Source: Nannocystales bacterium
Lineage (GTDB): Bacteria; Myxococcota_A; Polyangia; Nannocystales; Nannocystaceae
Assembly: GCA_050633305.1 (NCBI GenBank)
Contig: JBOEGF010000016.1
Span: forward strand, 1 to 64,000
Length of the DNA stretch: 64,000 bases
Direction: 5' to 3'
A program made the translations under genes and the position numbers. The notes beneath the pieces are model-generated. The model was not told the DNA's origin, did not search any database, and saw nothing but the letters and a program-made list of their open reading frames with translations. How positions within the stretch are numbered: the stretch's first letter is position 1; each line of letters opens with the position of its first letter. This document shows, piece after piece, positions 39,975-50,032 of the stretch.

Positions 39975-40777
39975 GACGACTCTCCCTGCGCACGGCCGAA
40001 GAGCGCAACGAGGCCAGTCGCGACGTACATGAGCAGACCATAGCCGAGAACCGCCATGACCGCGCGCGGTTCGGCACCAGCCGCAGACAGCGCGAGAAGG
40101 GCGATGGTCAAGTTCCGCACCGCGGAGACTTGGGCAACCGAGAGCCGCTCAGGGCCCGGTCGGACGAACGCTGCTGGGATGAACGAGGCCAACACGACCA
40201 CAGCAGCCCACCCCAGATCCTGCGGGTGCACCGAGGGAAGGTGCCTCCATCCGAGCACGGAAACGGTGACCGCCAGCAGGACCAAGCCGACCCAGGACAG
40301 GGGTCTCCGCGCGCGGCGGCTCCATTTCGGGGCGAGCGCTTGTGCCAGCCACCCTGCCAGCAGAGGGGCCAGCGATCCGCCAACGACCCACAGGACCGCG
40401 ACCGCGAAGCCTGAGGATGGCGTCTTCATCGCGAGCGTGACCACGGCGAGGGCTCCCATGGCACCGGCGATCGTGGTCACGAGCAAGAGTTGGGCGGCCG
40501 TGCGGGCGCTGCCCCCGGCCGCCATGGCCAACAGGGGACCCGTGCTTCCGCCGGGCGTGGCGGCCACCAGCAACAATCCCAACCCGAGGGGTCCGAGTCC
40601 GAACGCGAGGTGGAGTCCCCCGGCGACCAGTGGAAGTCCGACGATGTTGAACGCGATTACGGCCGCCCAGCGACGCGGGCCAACGACGGGAGCCGCACCA
40701 TCCCGGTGAAGGGCAAGTCCCACCGTGAAGGTGGACACGATGCTGAGCGCGGTGATGAGGAGTTGCTCGGCGTTCAT
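39971..40777 (-). CDS. Bile acid:sodium symporter (BASS/Acr3 superfamily)-like transporter
   Basis: Multiple TM helices; LLLVAATPGG and VRNLTIAL motifs; overlaps neighbours at both ends. Confidence 0.75.
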   Translation of the reverse strand: MNAEQLLITALSIVSTFTVGLALHRDGAAPVVGPRRWAAVIAFNIVGLPLVAGGLHLAFGLGPLGLGLLLVAATPGGSTGPLLAMAAGGSARTAAQLLLVTTIAGAMGALAVVTLAMKTPSSGFAVAVLWVVGGSLAPLLAGWLAQALAPKWSRRARRPLSWVGLVLLAVTVSVLGWRHLPSVHPQDLGWAAVVVLASFIPAAFVRPGPERLSVAQVSAVRNLTIALLALSAAGAEPRAVMAVLGYGLLMYVATGLVALFGRAQGESS

Positions 40778-41361
40778 GCTGTGGCGCAGCACGAGCGCCA
40801 GCCGGGACAACGTGGGCAGTGCGTGAGGGCGAGGGCGAGATGGAGTGCTGCGATCCCCACCGCACCCCAGAGCAAGCCGCTGTGAAGCAGCTCCAGTCCC
40901 GTGACGCCCGCTGACGCTTCCGGGTCGAACGAGAGGGACCAGGCCGCGAGCGGGCGCGACCAAAGAAAGGCCGCGACCGCCCCGGTCCGGGTGGTCACTG
41001 CGGCCACGTGGACCGCGAACTCACCGCGACCCACGCCGCCCAGCGACCGCCGGCTGTCTTTCTCGGCCCGCATGTCGAACACTTCGACCACGTGGGTGAC
41101 CAAGAGCGCAGCGACGCCCAGCCAAAGCATCGCGCCTCCGGCATTCGGCGCGAACAGCCCCGCAACGACGGGTACGAACAGCACCGCACTTGCCGTGTGC
41201 CACAGGTGCTCGGAGTACGACTCCGTGCGGGCGTGTAGACGGAACCAGAGCAGGTGCAGCACCACCCCGTCGAACGCCGCCAGCGCCGCGAATACGAGCA
41301 ACAACGTGCCCCCGGCGATGAGAATCGGTGGCTGAGAGAAGATCGTCGATGCATCGATCAC
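40774..41361 (-). CDS. Membrane protein (about 5 TM, His/Glu-containing)
   Basis: DGVVLHLLWFRLH, EHLWH, EFAVH; C-terminal CPRC...CC; start GTG 41361 inferred from promoter position. Confidence 0.7.
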   Translation of the reverse strand: MIDASTIFSQPPILIAGGTLLLVFAALAAFDGVVLHLLWFRLHARTESYSEHLWHTASAVLFVPVVAGLFAPNAGGAMLWLGVAALLVTHVVEVFDMRAEKDSRRSLGGVGRGEFAVHVAAVTTRTGAVAAFLWSRPLAAWSLSFDPEASAGVTGLELLHSGLLWGAVGIAALHLALALTHCPRCPGWRSCCATA

Positions 41362-41397
41362 GTGTGCATGTATGCGCACGCGTGCACGTGTTGTCAA
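41359..41397 (-). promoter_or_regulatory. Sigma70-type promoter with overlapping ArsR-like operator
   Basis: Perfect TTGACA at 41397-41392; imperfect 11-2-11 inverted repeat CACGTGTGCAT-GT-ATGCGCACGCG at 41359-41382. Confidence 0.65.
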
Positions 41398-41479
41398 GCG
41401 ATGCTCCTGGCGGGGGCTCGGACCTGGTGCGCTCCGATGCGTCCAGAGGCACGGTCGGAGGGGGTCCGCCGAGCCGCCC

Positions 41480-42241
41480 TCAGAGCGCCAAGGGTTGTTC
41501 CAGGTGCCGCTCGTACATCCGGTCGCGGTGCTTCAGCAACGCCGGACTCAACGCTGCTTTCGTCGCGTCGTTCAGCCACTCGTAGGCCTCCCGAAACGGC
41601 GGCAGCATCGCGCACTGGTCGGCGGGCAGCGGGGCGAACAAGGCGATGCTGCACGCGAGATGAACGTCGGCGGCTGTCATGGTCTTGCCCATCAGGTAGT
41701 CGCCCTCCGAGGCTTCGAGCCGGGCCGTGAACATCCCGAGCAGATCGAACACCCGGGCCTGCACGGATTCGGCACTCTCGGACTGCCCGCCGTATTTCTT
41801 CGCGAGGTATCCCGACACCTTGGGCGAGAACCCGCCCTCGCCGTGGAGACCGGCAAACGCACCTTGCAACCGCCGTGACCAGCACAGGCCGCCCTCTCCG
41901 AGCAGCTCGTGGCACAGGCCCATCATCACGGCTCGCTCGTCCGGGTCCGCGGGGATGAGGGCGGGCTCAGGCGCGAGCCGTTCTGCGAGCAGAAGAATCT
42001 CCGCCCACCCGGTGCGTGGGGGGTCGTTGTCGAGGATGGCGGCGGGGGCGCTCAGTCGTCCGATCCACTCGCGCAATGCTGGGTCGTCGTAGGCGAGGCG
42101 AGTCGCGGTCCATTCGATCTTCTTGATTGCGAAGGTGCCCTTGGCCGCCTCGCCCCAGGGGCTCGGGATTCCGCCCACGACCACCATGCGAAGACCCGGC
42201 TTCGCGATCGCTTCCTCCACGCTGACGTATTCGAAAGACAC
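41480..42241 (-). CDS. Glutathione S-transferase-like protein
   Basis: PSPWGEAAK, WAEILLLAERL, YLMGKTMTAADVH; start GTG 42241 inferred. Confidence 0.75.
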   Translation of the reverse strand: MSFEYVSVEEAIAKPGLRMVVVGGIPSPWGEAAKGTFAIKKIEWTATRLAYDDPALREWIGRLSAPAAILDNDPPRTGWAEILLLAERLAPEPALIPADPDERAVMMGLCHELLGEGGLCWSRRLQGAFAGLHGEGGFSPKVSGYLAKKYGGQSESAESVQARVFDLLGMFTARLEASEGDYLMGKTMTAADVHLACSIALFAPLPADQCAMLPPFREAYEWLNDATKAALSPALLKHRDRMYERHLEQPLAL

Positions 42242-42464
42242 GTCACGAGCGTGCCGGAAGCATGGCGTCGGGCGCCATGTGCTTTCTCCACCCGCGCAGT
42301 CCGGCCGGCTCGACCGGGCGCAGGGCTCCCGTATCTGAGGCGGCTCGGCCACCGAGGCCGTCGTAGCAACCTCAGGCAACGAGGGACAGAACAACCAACC
42401 CGCCGAGGGCGCAGCGAGGGGCAGGACGAATGGCTGACAGGGCGTCGCGTCTTGTCGTCACGGA

Positions 42465-43763
42465 CTACAAACCGGGGACCGGACCGCAGGCGGTGTCGTC
42501 GCCAAACCCGGTCAAGGATGGGGCGCCCATCAGGTGGGCAAAGGAGGTGAGCACGGTGTCGTTGAACCGCGGCTCGACCAGACGCACGGCGCGGCCGGTC
42601 TCGAGCCCGGACGCAGACCCTCCCGCAAACATGACGGGGATGCGTTCGAGCTGGTGGTGCACGCCGAAGAAGCTCAGGCCCATGATGAGCGTGCTGTCGA
42701 GCATCGTGCTGGCGCCGTCCGGGGTGTCGCGCAGGCGTTCGATGAACGCACGCAGGTGGTTCCAGTCCCACCGGGCCATTCGAATGTAGTCGTCGCGGCG
42801 GGCACCGGGCAGGTGGTGGACCTCGTCGTGTCCCGAGTCGGCGACGTTCGTGACGCCCGCCCACTCGTAGCGCCAGTGCTGGCCGGAGAATCCCCAGATC
42901 ATGCCGATGAGGTCCGCACGGCCGCAGGCCAACGCGGCGTAGGCGAGATCGAACTGCGCCTGGGCCCGGTCGGGAACGGAGGTCGACCCATCCGGTTGTC
43001 CCGGGACCGTACAAGAGACCGGCTCGAGCTCGAGATCGCGGGCCACACTCTCCTCGGCCTTGCGGATTGCGTCCTCGTGGATGTCTAGCTTGAGCGTCTC
43101 GACGCCGGTCAACTCCGACCGGAAGCGCGAGAGCTCATCGGTGACGTCGTCGAGCACCGACTTCCGCATTCGAAGGCGTCGCTTGGTCGCTTCGATGCTC
43201 TCGGGAGTGCTGGTGGGGTCGAAGCCGGAGAAGAGCAGGTTCCAGGCGCTCTGTGGGTTGTCGACGGGGGCCTTGAACGCGCCGGGTCCGCTGGCGAACG
43301 GACGGTGCCGCATATGATTGTTGGACCCGCCATTGTTGACCTGGAGTTCGACCGTTTGCAGCCCAAGCTCGCCGGCAACCCACTGATCGATCGACGCGCC
43401 ACCTGGGGTGCCGTCCTCGGCTCCGGGTACCTGCACGATGTCCTTCGCGGTGAGGACCTTTCCGGGCGCACGAACGTGGTTGTTGCCTCGGGGGGCGGGC
43501 CCGCTGCTGCGAATCGAGATGCCGTCCACCACCACGATCTCGTCCCGGACCGACTCGAAGTCGGAGAGGATCGGCGAGAGTGTGAAGTTGTTGGGGTCGC
43601 CTCCGGGGAAGAAGTCCTCCGCGTACGGGTAACCGGTACTGTTGACCCATACCAGCCCCCGCATCGTCGGGAACTCGCGAGCCTCGGCTCGCCGAATGGA
43701 GAGCACCGGGGTGAGCAACGCGGCGGCCTTCAGGGACCGAAAAACAAACGTGCGGCGCTTCAT
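42465..43763 (-). CDS. Tat-exported DUF1552-family protein
   Basis: MKRRTF signal; SIDQWVA, KSVLD, KLDIH, HDEVHH, STMLDSTL. Confidence 0.88.
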   Translation of the reverse strand: MKRRTFVFRSLKAAALLTPVLSIRRAEAREFPTMRGLVWVNSTGYPYAEDFFPGGDPNNFTLSPILSDFESVRDEIVVVDGISIRSSGPAPRGNNHVRAPGKVLTAKDIVQVPGAEDGTPGGASIDQWVAGELGLQTVELQVNNGGSNNHMRHRPFASGPGAFKAPVDNPQSAWNLLFSGFDPTSTPESIEATKRRLRMRKSVLDDVTDELSRFRSELTGVETLKLDIHEDAIRKAEESVARDLELEPVSCTVPGQPDGSTSVPDRAQAQFDLAYAALACGRADLIGMIWGFSGQHWRYEWAGVTNVADSGHDEVHHLPGARRDDYIRMARWDWNHLRAFIERLRDTPDGASTMLDSTLIMGLSFFGVHHQLERIPVMFAGGSASGLETGRAVRLVEPRFNDTVLTSFAHLMGAPSLTGFGDDTACGPVPGL

Positions 43764-45523
43764 GGCGAGGGGTTCCTTTCGTAGACGGCGGGGTGGAGGA
43801 GCATCTGCTCAAACAGCTCGAGCATCACTTCGTCGGAGCCAAACCCTTCGAAGTCGGCCTCGAGGCGGTCGGTGAGGTCGCCTTCCATCGAGCCCGAGAT
43901 GAACCGCGCGACCTGCTTCACGTAGCAAGCTGCGAGCTGGTCGCTGTGCGCAAGCTCGGGAACGAACGCAGCAAGGTCGGCGTAGCCTTTCCATTCGCCG
44001 TCGAGCTGGAGCTCGGTGACGCTGGCGTCGAGCGGGCGCTCTCCGAAGTGGGTCTGATATTGGCCCAACGCGTCGAAGTTCGATGAGAGGAACCCGTACG
44101 GCATGAACGTTTCGTGGCAGGCGATGCATTGCTCACCCTGGTTCATGATCAGCTCCAGTTGCTCGCGAGGCGTCATCAGGTCGAAGTCTTCGACCTCTCC
44201 TTGCACCTCCTCGGCCGCCTGGTTGATGTCGATGCCCGAGGGCAGACCGATCTCTTCGCAGAGCAGCTGATTCTTGATCAGCATGCCTCGGGCGATGGGT
44301 TTGTCCTTGTGGGTGAGGGCGCCCGAGGCGTGGCTTGCCAGGACGCTGGCCAGACCCAGGACTCCGGTTCGGCCCACGGGGGCTTGAGTCGGTGTCATTC
44401 CCACGGTGGCCGGGGCGGGCAGGCCGTACAACGGCGCTGTTTGGGCGTCGACGAAGTAGCTCGTCGAGAGCATGAGGTCCGCCAGCGTGCCCGAGCCGAG
44501 CAATGTGCTTTCGACAAACGTGTCGAACTCCGCGGCAAGGGATGCCCCCGTTTCGGGCGTGGGCAGCTTGGGGTACTCGGACGGAGCCTCCCGCATGTGG
44601 CTCAGAGAGGTCGTCCGGAACCACTGGGCTGCGAATCGGAGCATCTGGGCCCGCCCACGTGGGGTCTCGGCCAGCCGGCGGACGTGTCCTGCGGTCGTGT
44701 CGTCGTCGAGCGTGCCGGCTTCGGCGTCGGAGAGCAGAAGTGCGTCGGGCATCGATCCGGTCATCGTGTACGCGATGAGCGAGGCGCGGTCGTAGTCATC
44801 GACCTCGCTGGGTGTCTGCCCATCGACCCGGCCGCCTTCGACCCGATACAGGAACTTTGGCGAGAGCAAAATCCTCGTGACGAGGAACTGTGCGAGTTCG
44901 GCGTTGCTCGGCGACTCGGCCGCGAGATGCTCGACGAACCCGAGCAGAGCCTCGCGGTCCGCATCGGTCAGGGGCCGCCGATACGCACGGAATCCGAATG
45001 TGTCGATGAAGCCGTCCACGCAATCGAGGCTCGCGGCCTCGAGCTGTCCGAGGCACGGGTAGTCCAATGAAAGCCGCTGCTCGACGTATCGCTGAGCGAC
45101 CGCTTCGGACTGCAGCATGAGCAGCGTGACTAGAGACTCGTCGAGCTGAGCCCGAGCACCGTTGTCGAATCCGGTATGGGCGTCGGACCACAGGACATCG
45201 TTGACGAACTCGACGCCGAGGAGGTCGTTGACCGTGTTCTCGTACTCTTGGGTGGAGAGCAGGCGGAGCAGCGGAGCGGGTGCGTCGCTGCCCTCGGGGC
45301 CCTCGCCGTCATCGTCCCCGGAGTCGGGGTCTCCCGTACCGCCCGCGCCCGTGTCGGTGATGTCGATCCCCGGGTCGCCCGCGCTGCCGAAGCGAGGATC
45401 AGGAGCGCTCAGCCCCGTGTAGCAGCCACTGATGACCAGCCACAGAGCCCCGACAAGAGGGCGTTGGAGTGGATGACCGATTGCGCGGATGGGTGGTTTC
45501 CCCGACACCACCCGTCCAGTCAC
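43760..45523 (-). CDS. DUF1587/1595/1592/1588 (PSD-type) lipoprotein with heme-binding motif
   Basis: VISG-C-Y lipobox; LRLLSTQEYENTVNDLLG, AYRRPLT, LLSPKFLYRVE, SMPD, PIARG, CIACH, FDALG. Confidence 0.88.
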   Translation of the reverse strand: MTGRVVSGKPPIRAIGHPLQRPLVGALWLVISGCYTGLSAPDPRFGSAGDPGIDITDTGAGGTGDPDSGDDDGEGPEGSDAPAPLLRLLSTQEYENTVNDLLGVEFVNDVLWSDAHTGFDNGARAQLDESLVTLLMLQSEAVAQRYVEQRLSLDYPCLGQLEAASLDCVDGFIDTFGFRAYRRPLTDADREALLGFVEHLAAESPSNAELAQFLVTRILLSPKFLYRVEGGRVDGQTPSEVDDYDRASLIAYTMTGSMPDALLLSDAEAGTLDDDTTAGHVRRLAETPRGRAQMLRFAAQWFRTTSLSHMREAPSEYPKLPTPETGASLAAEFDTFVESTLLGSGTLADLMLSTSYFVDAQTAPLYGLPAPATVGMTPTQAPVGRTGVLGLASVLASHASGALTHKDKPIARGMLIKNQLLCEEIGLPSGIDINQAAEEVQGEVEDFDLMTPREQLELIMNQGEQCIACHETFMPYGFLSSNFDALGQYQTHFGERPLDASVTELQLDGEWKGYADLAAFVPELAHSDQLAACYVKQVARFISGSMEGDLTDRLEADFEGFGSDEVMLELFEQMLLHPAVYERNPSP

Positions 45524-45617
45524 CGCAGAGGCTATGTTTGTCTCAGTCGAACTCGTCTTTTCTTTGCGCCCTCGAAAAAGCCGAGGAATCGCAGAAGTTT
45601 ACACCTCACTTGGAGCG

Positions 45618-46517
45618 TCAGTCCGCGATGCACTGGGTCATCGTCGTCCGAAACACAAAGTCCTCACCCGCGCTGTAGCTGGCGCGTCCGCCAGGGTACA
45701 GGTCGTTCGCGACGTCCACCCATCCAAAGGTGACGGCGGGCACGGAGAAGCGCACCGTATAGACCTCGCCGGCGGTCATGGGGATCGCGTCGTCGAGCTC
45801 GAACTCCTGCATCGCGTTGAAGACGTCCTCGAAGGTGACCTCTTGGCTCCCCAGCTCGACGCCCGCGGTGCCCTCGCCCTCGTAGAATCGTAGCGTTCCC
45901 GGGGACGGTCCCGAGATCGGAGATCCCACGCCCAAGTCGACTCGGACGAGGCCGCCAGAGACGCCGACCGTGAAGGACTGCCACTGGTCCTGGCCGCCCG
46001 AGCCAGCGCTGCTGCTCAGGTTCGATTGGTCTGCGATCGCCCCTGGACCGGGGTCGCAGACACAGGTGCCGTCGTTGAGCGTTGCGAGGGGATCGTAGTT
46101 GGAGGCAGCGGGAACCGTGCACCCCCAGCAGGGTCCACCAGGGCCGTTGCAGACGCCGCATTCGTCCAGCTCGGCCGTGCCATCCGGGACCCCATCGCAG
46201 TCGAGGGGGCCACCGGTTGAGCTCTCCCCGTCTTCGTCACCGCTCGAGCCGGAGGTCTCGCCCCCCGTGGAACCCGACGATGACTCGGTGGTGCCGGTCG
46301 TAGGGTTCGGGTCCGAAGCTGTCGTGCTGCCTCCGGCTCCGGATGTCTCCTTGGGAGCTGTGCCGCCTGTGCTTCCGGTGTCAGATTCTTCCAGGCTCAC
46401 CCCGGTTGTGGTGCCCCCGGTGTCGCCGCCGCCGACGTCGATATCGATGTCGGCCAAGGGGTCCGCAAAGCAGCCCGACAGTGCCAGTCCCGCGATCATG
46501 ATTCCGAGCCGCTTCAT
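45618..46517 (-). CDS. Hypothetical lipoprotein
   Basis: LALSG-C-F; T/G/S linker; DECGVCNG and GCTVPAASNYDP motifs; C-terminal WQSFT beta domain. Confidence 0.78.
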   Translation of the reverse strand: MKRLGIMIAGLALSGCFADPLADIDIDVGGGDTGGTTTGVSLEESDTGSTGGTAPKETSGAGGSTTASDPNPTTGTTESSSGSTGGETSGSSGDEDGESSTGGPLDCDGVPDGTAELDECGVCNGPGGPCWGCTVPAASNYDPLATLNDGTCVCDPGPGAIADQSNLSSSAGSGGQDQWQSFTVGVSGGLVRVDLGVGSPISGPSPGTLRFYEGEGTAGVELGSQEVTFEDVFNAMQEFELDDAIPMTAGEVYTVRFSVPAVTFGWVDVANDLYPGGRASYSAGEDFVFRTTMTQCIAD

Positions 46518-46566
46518 CCACGAAGGGCAGTCCGCACGTGCCGGATTTGTCCGGCGTTTGTCTGTG

Positions 46567-47217
46567 TCACCCCGATTTCACGCGGGCAGCGAATTGCGCG
46601 CGAATTGCCTTCATGTGGGTGTCTAGACCCGCCATCGTCGATTCTACGATTTTCGCCGAACCCTCCAGATACCCCACGGCTTCCGCCAGACGTGTCCGAG
46701 CACGAGCCACACGATCGGCCATGGTGGCGCGTGGAGTCTCGAATACGGCCGCCAGTTCCCGAACCGTCATGCCATCGTAGTACTTGAGTTCGAGGACCAG
46801 TTGGTCGTCCAGCGCGAGCTCTCGCATGCCACGAACGAAGAGCACCTCCTCGCGGCGGGCGGCGAGTGCCGAGGTCATCGAGATGACCTCCTCAGGGACT
46901 TCGAGGGGGTCGAGCGTCGGGTCGAAGGCTTCTGCCTGCGCGCGATGTTTGCGATGATGATGCACGAGGGTCCAACGCGCGATGCCGAACAAATAGGTCC
47001 GAACCGTCGCGTCTCCACGGAAGTCGTGCGGCTTCTCGAGGACACGCTCGAAGACGGTCTGCGTCAGGTCTTGCGCGGCGTCGGGACCGACCTTGGAGAA
47101 GAAGAACAGGTAGATCGACCGATAGTGCCGGCGGACGAGTTCACCGCTCGCGCCCGCGTCGCCGGACTTCCACGCCGTAAGCAGCGTGGAATCGTCAGCC
47201 TGTCCGTAGTCGGGCAT
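46567..47217 (-). CDS. ECF sigma factor
   Basis: AQDLTQTVF, TVRTYLFGIAR, LVLELKYYDGMTVRELA, RVARARTRL. Confidence 0.92.
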   Translation of the reverse strand: MPDYGQADDSTLLTAWKSGDAGASGELVRRHYRSIYLFFFSKVGPDAAQDLTQTVFERVLEKPHDFRGDATVRTYLFGIARWTLVHHHRKHRAQAEAFDPTLDPLEVPEEVISMTSALAARREEVLFVRGMRELALDDQLVLELKYYDGMTVRELAAVFETPRATMADRVARARTRLAEAVGYLEGSAKIVESTMAGLDTHMKAIRAQFAARVKSG

Positions 47218-47228
47218 CGTGACCTACG

Positions 47229-49925
47229 ATGGTAGATCAGTCCGGCGGTGATCTCACCAGACGTCGTCCGGGGCCGCCCTCGGACGCGATCATGGGAATG
47301 GCCGACGCACTGGTCCGGCGGTTGGGCGCGGGGCCGAACGGTGCCACAAGGGACTCGGGCGACCCCGCGGACGGTCACCATCCAGGGACTCCCGAGCGGT
47401 TGGGGCGCTTCGAAGTCGAGGGGCGGCTGGGTGCCGGAGCGATGGGGGTTGTCTATGCCGCTCGCGACCCGATGTTGCGAAGAGACATCGCGATCAAGGT
47501 GTTGGCGACGAACCGCACCTCAGAAGGCGGGATGGTGAGGGCCCGGCGGGAGGCGCAAGCGATGGCGCAGCTCTCCCATCCCAACGTCGTGAAGGTGTTC
47601 GCGATCGGCGAACATGAAGGTGCGCTGTTCATCGCGATGGAGCGCATTCGTGGGGAGACACTGCGGGCGTGGCAGTCCGCCCGTCACACCCCCGATGAGG
47701 TGCTGGCCGTCTACCGACAGGCGGCGCGTGGTCTGGCCGAGCTGCATGAACATGGGCTCGTGCATCGGGACTTCAAGCCGGCCAACGCGATGATCGGGGA
47801 GGATGGTCGCGTGCGGGTCCTGGACCTTGGCCTGGTGACGGAGTTGGCGTCCAACGCCTCGTCGGAGGAGATCAGCCACGGCTCGGGGGGGAGCCTTAGC
47901 AGCGGTGCGGCGACACGAAGCGACGCGTTCCTCGGAACGCCCGCGTACATGTCCCCGGAGCAGTTCCTCGGAGAGCCTGTGACTGCGGCGTCGGACCAGT
48001 TCAGCTTCTGCGTGGCGTTGCACGAAGCGCTGTACGGCCATCGGCCGTTCAAGGGCAAGACCATGACCCAACTCGTCGAGGCGATCTGCGAGGAGCGTGT
48101 CGAGTCGCCCAAGGCGGATTCCCCGGTGCCGAGGCGCGTCTTCAAGGTGTTGCGCCGAGGGTTGTCGCGAAACCCCAGCCACCGCTATCCGTCGATGGAC
48201 GCTCTGCTCGATGCGCTTCGCGGGAGCTCGCGCGTGGCGGTGTGGATCGGGGGCCTGGGGTTGGTGGGGTTGTCGATGGTCGGAGTCTTGGGTGCGGTGG
48301 GGGACCGCGAGCAGCCCTGTGCGACGTCGATCCGCTTTGCGCGAAGTTGGTCACCGGAGCGTCAAGCGAGACTTTCAGCCTCTCTGGAGCCTTCGCCTCC
48401 CGCCGCGGGTGGTGTCGACCACTACGCGCAACGGCTCGAGAAGGTATTGCAGGAGGGTTGCGATGCGAACGCTTCCGAGGCGGTGCTCGTATGCCACGAC
48501 GAGTTGGTCGAACGCTTCGATGCGGTGGTGGCGTTGTTGATCGAGTTCCCCGAGGGGCTTCAACCGGTCGGCGTGGTGGAGGGGATGCTGGACCCCGGAT
48601 ACTGCGATGGCGCGGACTCCCGACCCGGGAGCGACGACGAGATGGTCGAGCTTGCCGGGTTGATGCAGCGCGTGGATTCATTGGCGCTCAGCGGGTTGTT
48701 CGACGAAGCGCTCGAAGACGCCCACGAGGCCGTGCGACGAGCCCAGACTTTGGGTCGACCCTCAGTGTCGTTCGAGGCATTCTACCAGCGAGCGAAGGTC
48801 TACGCGCGTCGCGGGGAACTCGAACCGGCCAACGCAGACTTCGTCGCAGCCTACGAGATCTCCGTGATGACGAGGTCCTATGGGGCGTCCGTCAACGTGT
48901 CTCTGTCGCTCGTTTGGGTCACCCAACACCAAAACGACCTCGACGGAGCGGAGCACTGGCTACGGGTGGCGAGGAGCTCTCAGGAGGCCGCCGGAGCGGC
49001 GAGCAAGTCCAGGAAAGCCAGGATCCTGATGCGTTCGGGCGAGGTCGCACTGGCCCGCAGAAACATGTCGGAGGCTCGGACGTGGCTGACGGACGCCGCC
49101 GAGATCTGGCGTGCGATCGGCAACGCGAGGGAGGAAGCAACCGTCCTCGCGAGCTTGGTGACGATCGAGATCGAGTCCGGCCACTTCGAAGCAGCCCTGG
49201 ACGCGGCTCGGCGCGCGATCGAGGTGTTCACCGCAGAGAACGGCGACGGCGACCCGCAACTCGGCACGCACTATCTGAACTTGGGTGATGTCTTTCAGCG
49301 CCGAGGTCGACACCAAGATGCGCGACAGGCCTACGCCCAGGGGGTCCGTCGACGACAGGTGTCCTACGGTGACGACCATTTCTCAACTGCGCAGGCGCGG
49401 ATCTCCTTGGGCTCTGCGCTCCTCGAGCTCGGGCAGGTCGAGGAGGCGACGGCGTTGTTCAACCGGGCCAGAGCAGACGCCCCGGCCGATGACCTGGTCG
49501 AAGCCGCGGCGGACGCGATGCTGTCTCGTGTTGCATCGACTCGCGCGGACCACGAGCTTGCGCTGACCCTCGCCAACAAGGCATTCGTCTCGTTTGAGAC
49601 GCAGCTGGGGACGGACCACGCCTCCTCGGCCGAGGTCCGAGTTCAGCTCGCACGGGCAAAGCTCGCCGCTGGCGATGCGGCCGGAGCGATCGAGGATGCT
49701 CGTGCGGCTCAGCGAGTTTTTGAGGAGCGCTTCGGCGAGGCACACGACATGGTCGGGCTGTGTCTTGGGATCGAAGCCGAGGCGCTCGCTCGGCAAGGAC
49801 AGCGAGTGCAAGCGTTGCCGTTGTACGAGCGCTCCCTGAGCATCGCCGTGGCCGCACAGGGGGAAACCTCTCGCCGGGTCGCGGCGCTCCGGGGCGCGAT
49901 CGCGGCCCTCGACGCCGAGAGATGA
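47229..49925 (+). CDS. Ser/Thr kinase with TM helix and TPR repeats
   Basis: LGAGAMGVV, IAIKVL, HRDFKPAN, DLG, GTPAYMSPEQ; TPRs; start may be 47292. Confidence 0.92.
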   Translation: MVDQSGGDLTRRRPGPPSDAIMGMADALVRRLGAGPNGATRDSGDPADGHHPGTPERLGRFEVEGRLGAGAMGVVYAARDPMLRRDIAIKVLATNRTSEGGMVRARREAQAMAQLSHPNVVKVFAIGEHEGALFIAMERIRGETLRAWQSARHTPDEVLAVYRQAARGLAELHEHGLVHRDFKPANAMIGEDGRVRVLDLGLVTELASNASSEEISHGSGGSLSSGAATRSDAFLGTPAYMSPEQFLGEPVTAASDQFSFCVALHEALYGHRPFKGKTMTQLVEAICEERVESPKADSPVPRRVFKVLRRGLSRNPSHRYPSMDALLDALRGSSRVAVWIGGLGLVGLSMVGVLGAVGDREQPCATSIRFARSWSPERQARLSASLEPSPPAAGGVDHYAQRLEKVLQEGCDANASEAVLVCHDELVERFDAVVALLIEFPEGLQPVGVVEGMLDPGYCDGADSRPGSDDEMVELAGLMQRVDSLALSGLFDEALEDAHEAVRRAQTLGRPSVSFEAFYQRAKVYARRGELEPANADFVAAYEISVMTRSYGASVNVSLSLVWVTQHQNDLDGAEHWLRVARSSQEAAGAASKSRKARILMRSGEVALARRNMSEARTWLTDAAEIWRAIGNAREEATVLASLVTIEIESGHFEAALDAARRAIEVFTAENGDGDPQLGTHYLNLGDVFQRRGRHQDARQAYAQGVRRRQVSYGDDHFSTAQARISLGSALLELGQVEEATALFNRARADAPADDLVEAAADAMLSRVASTRADHELALTLANKAFVSFETQLGTDHASSAEVRVQLARAKLAAGDAAGAIEDARAAQRVFEERFGEAHDMVGLCLGIEAEALARQGQRVQALPLYERSLSIAVAAQGETSRRVAALRGAIAALDAER

Positions 49926-50032
49926 ACCTGTAGACGTCGCGCTGCGAAGACCGTAAGCGGCTGAAAGTAGACCTGTTTCGGCCTCTGTAAACGCGAGTCG
50001 TCGGGACTCCGATCCGGTCGCACACTCTGAAT

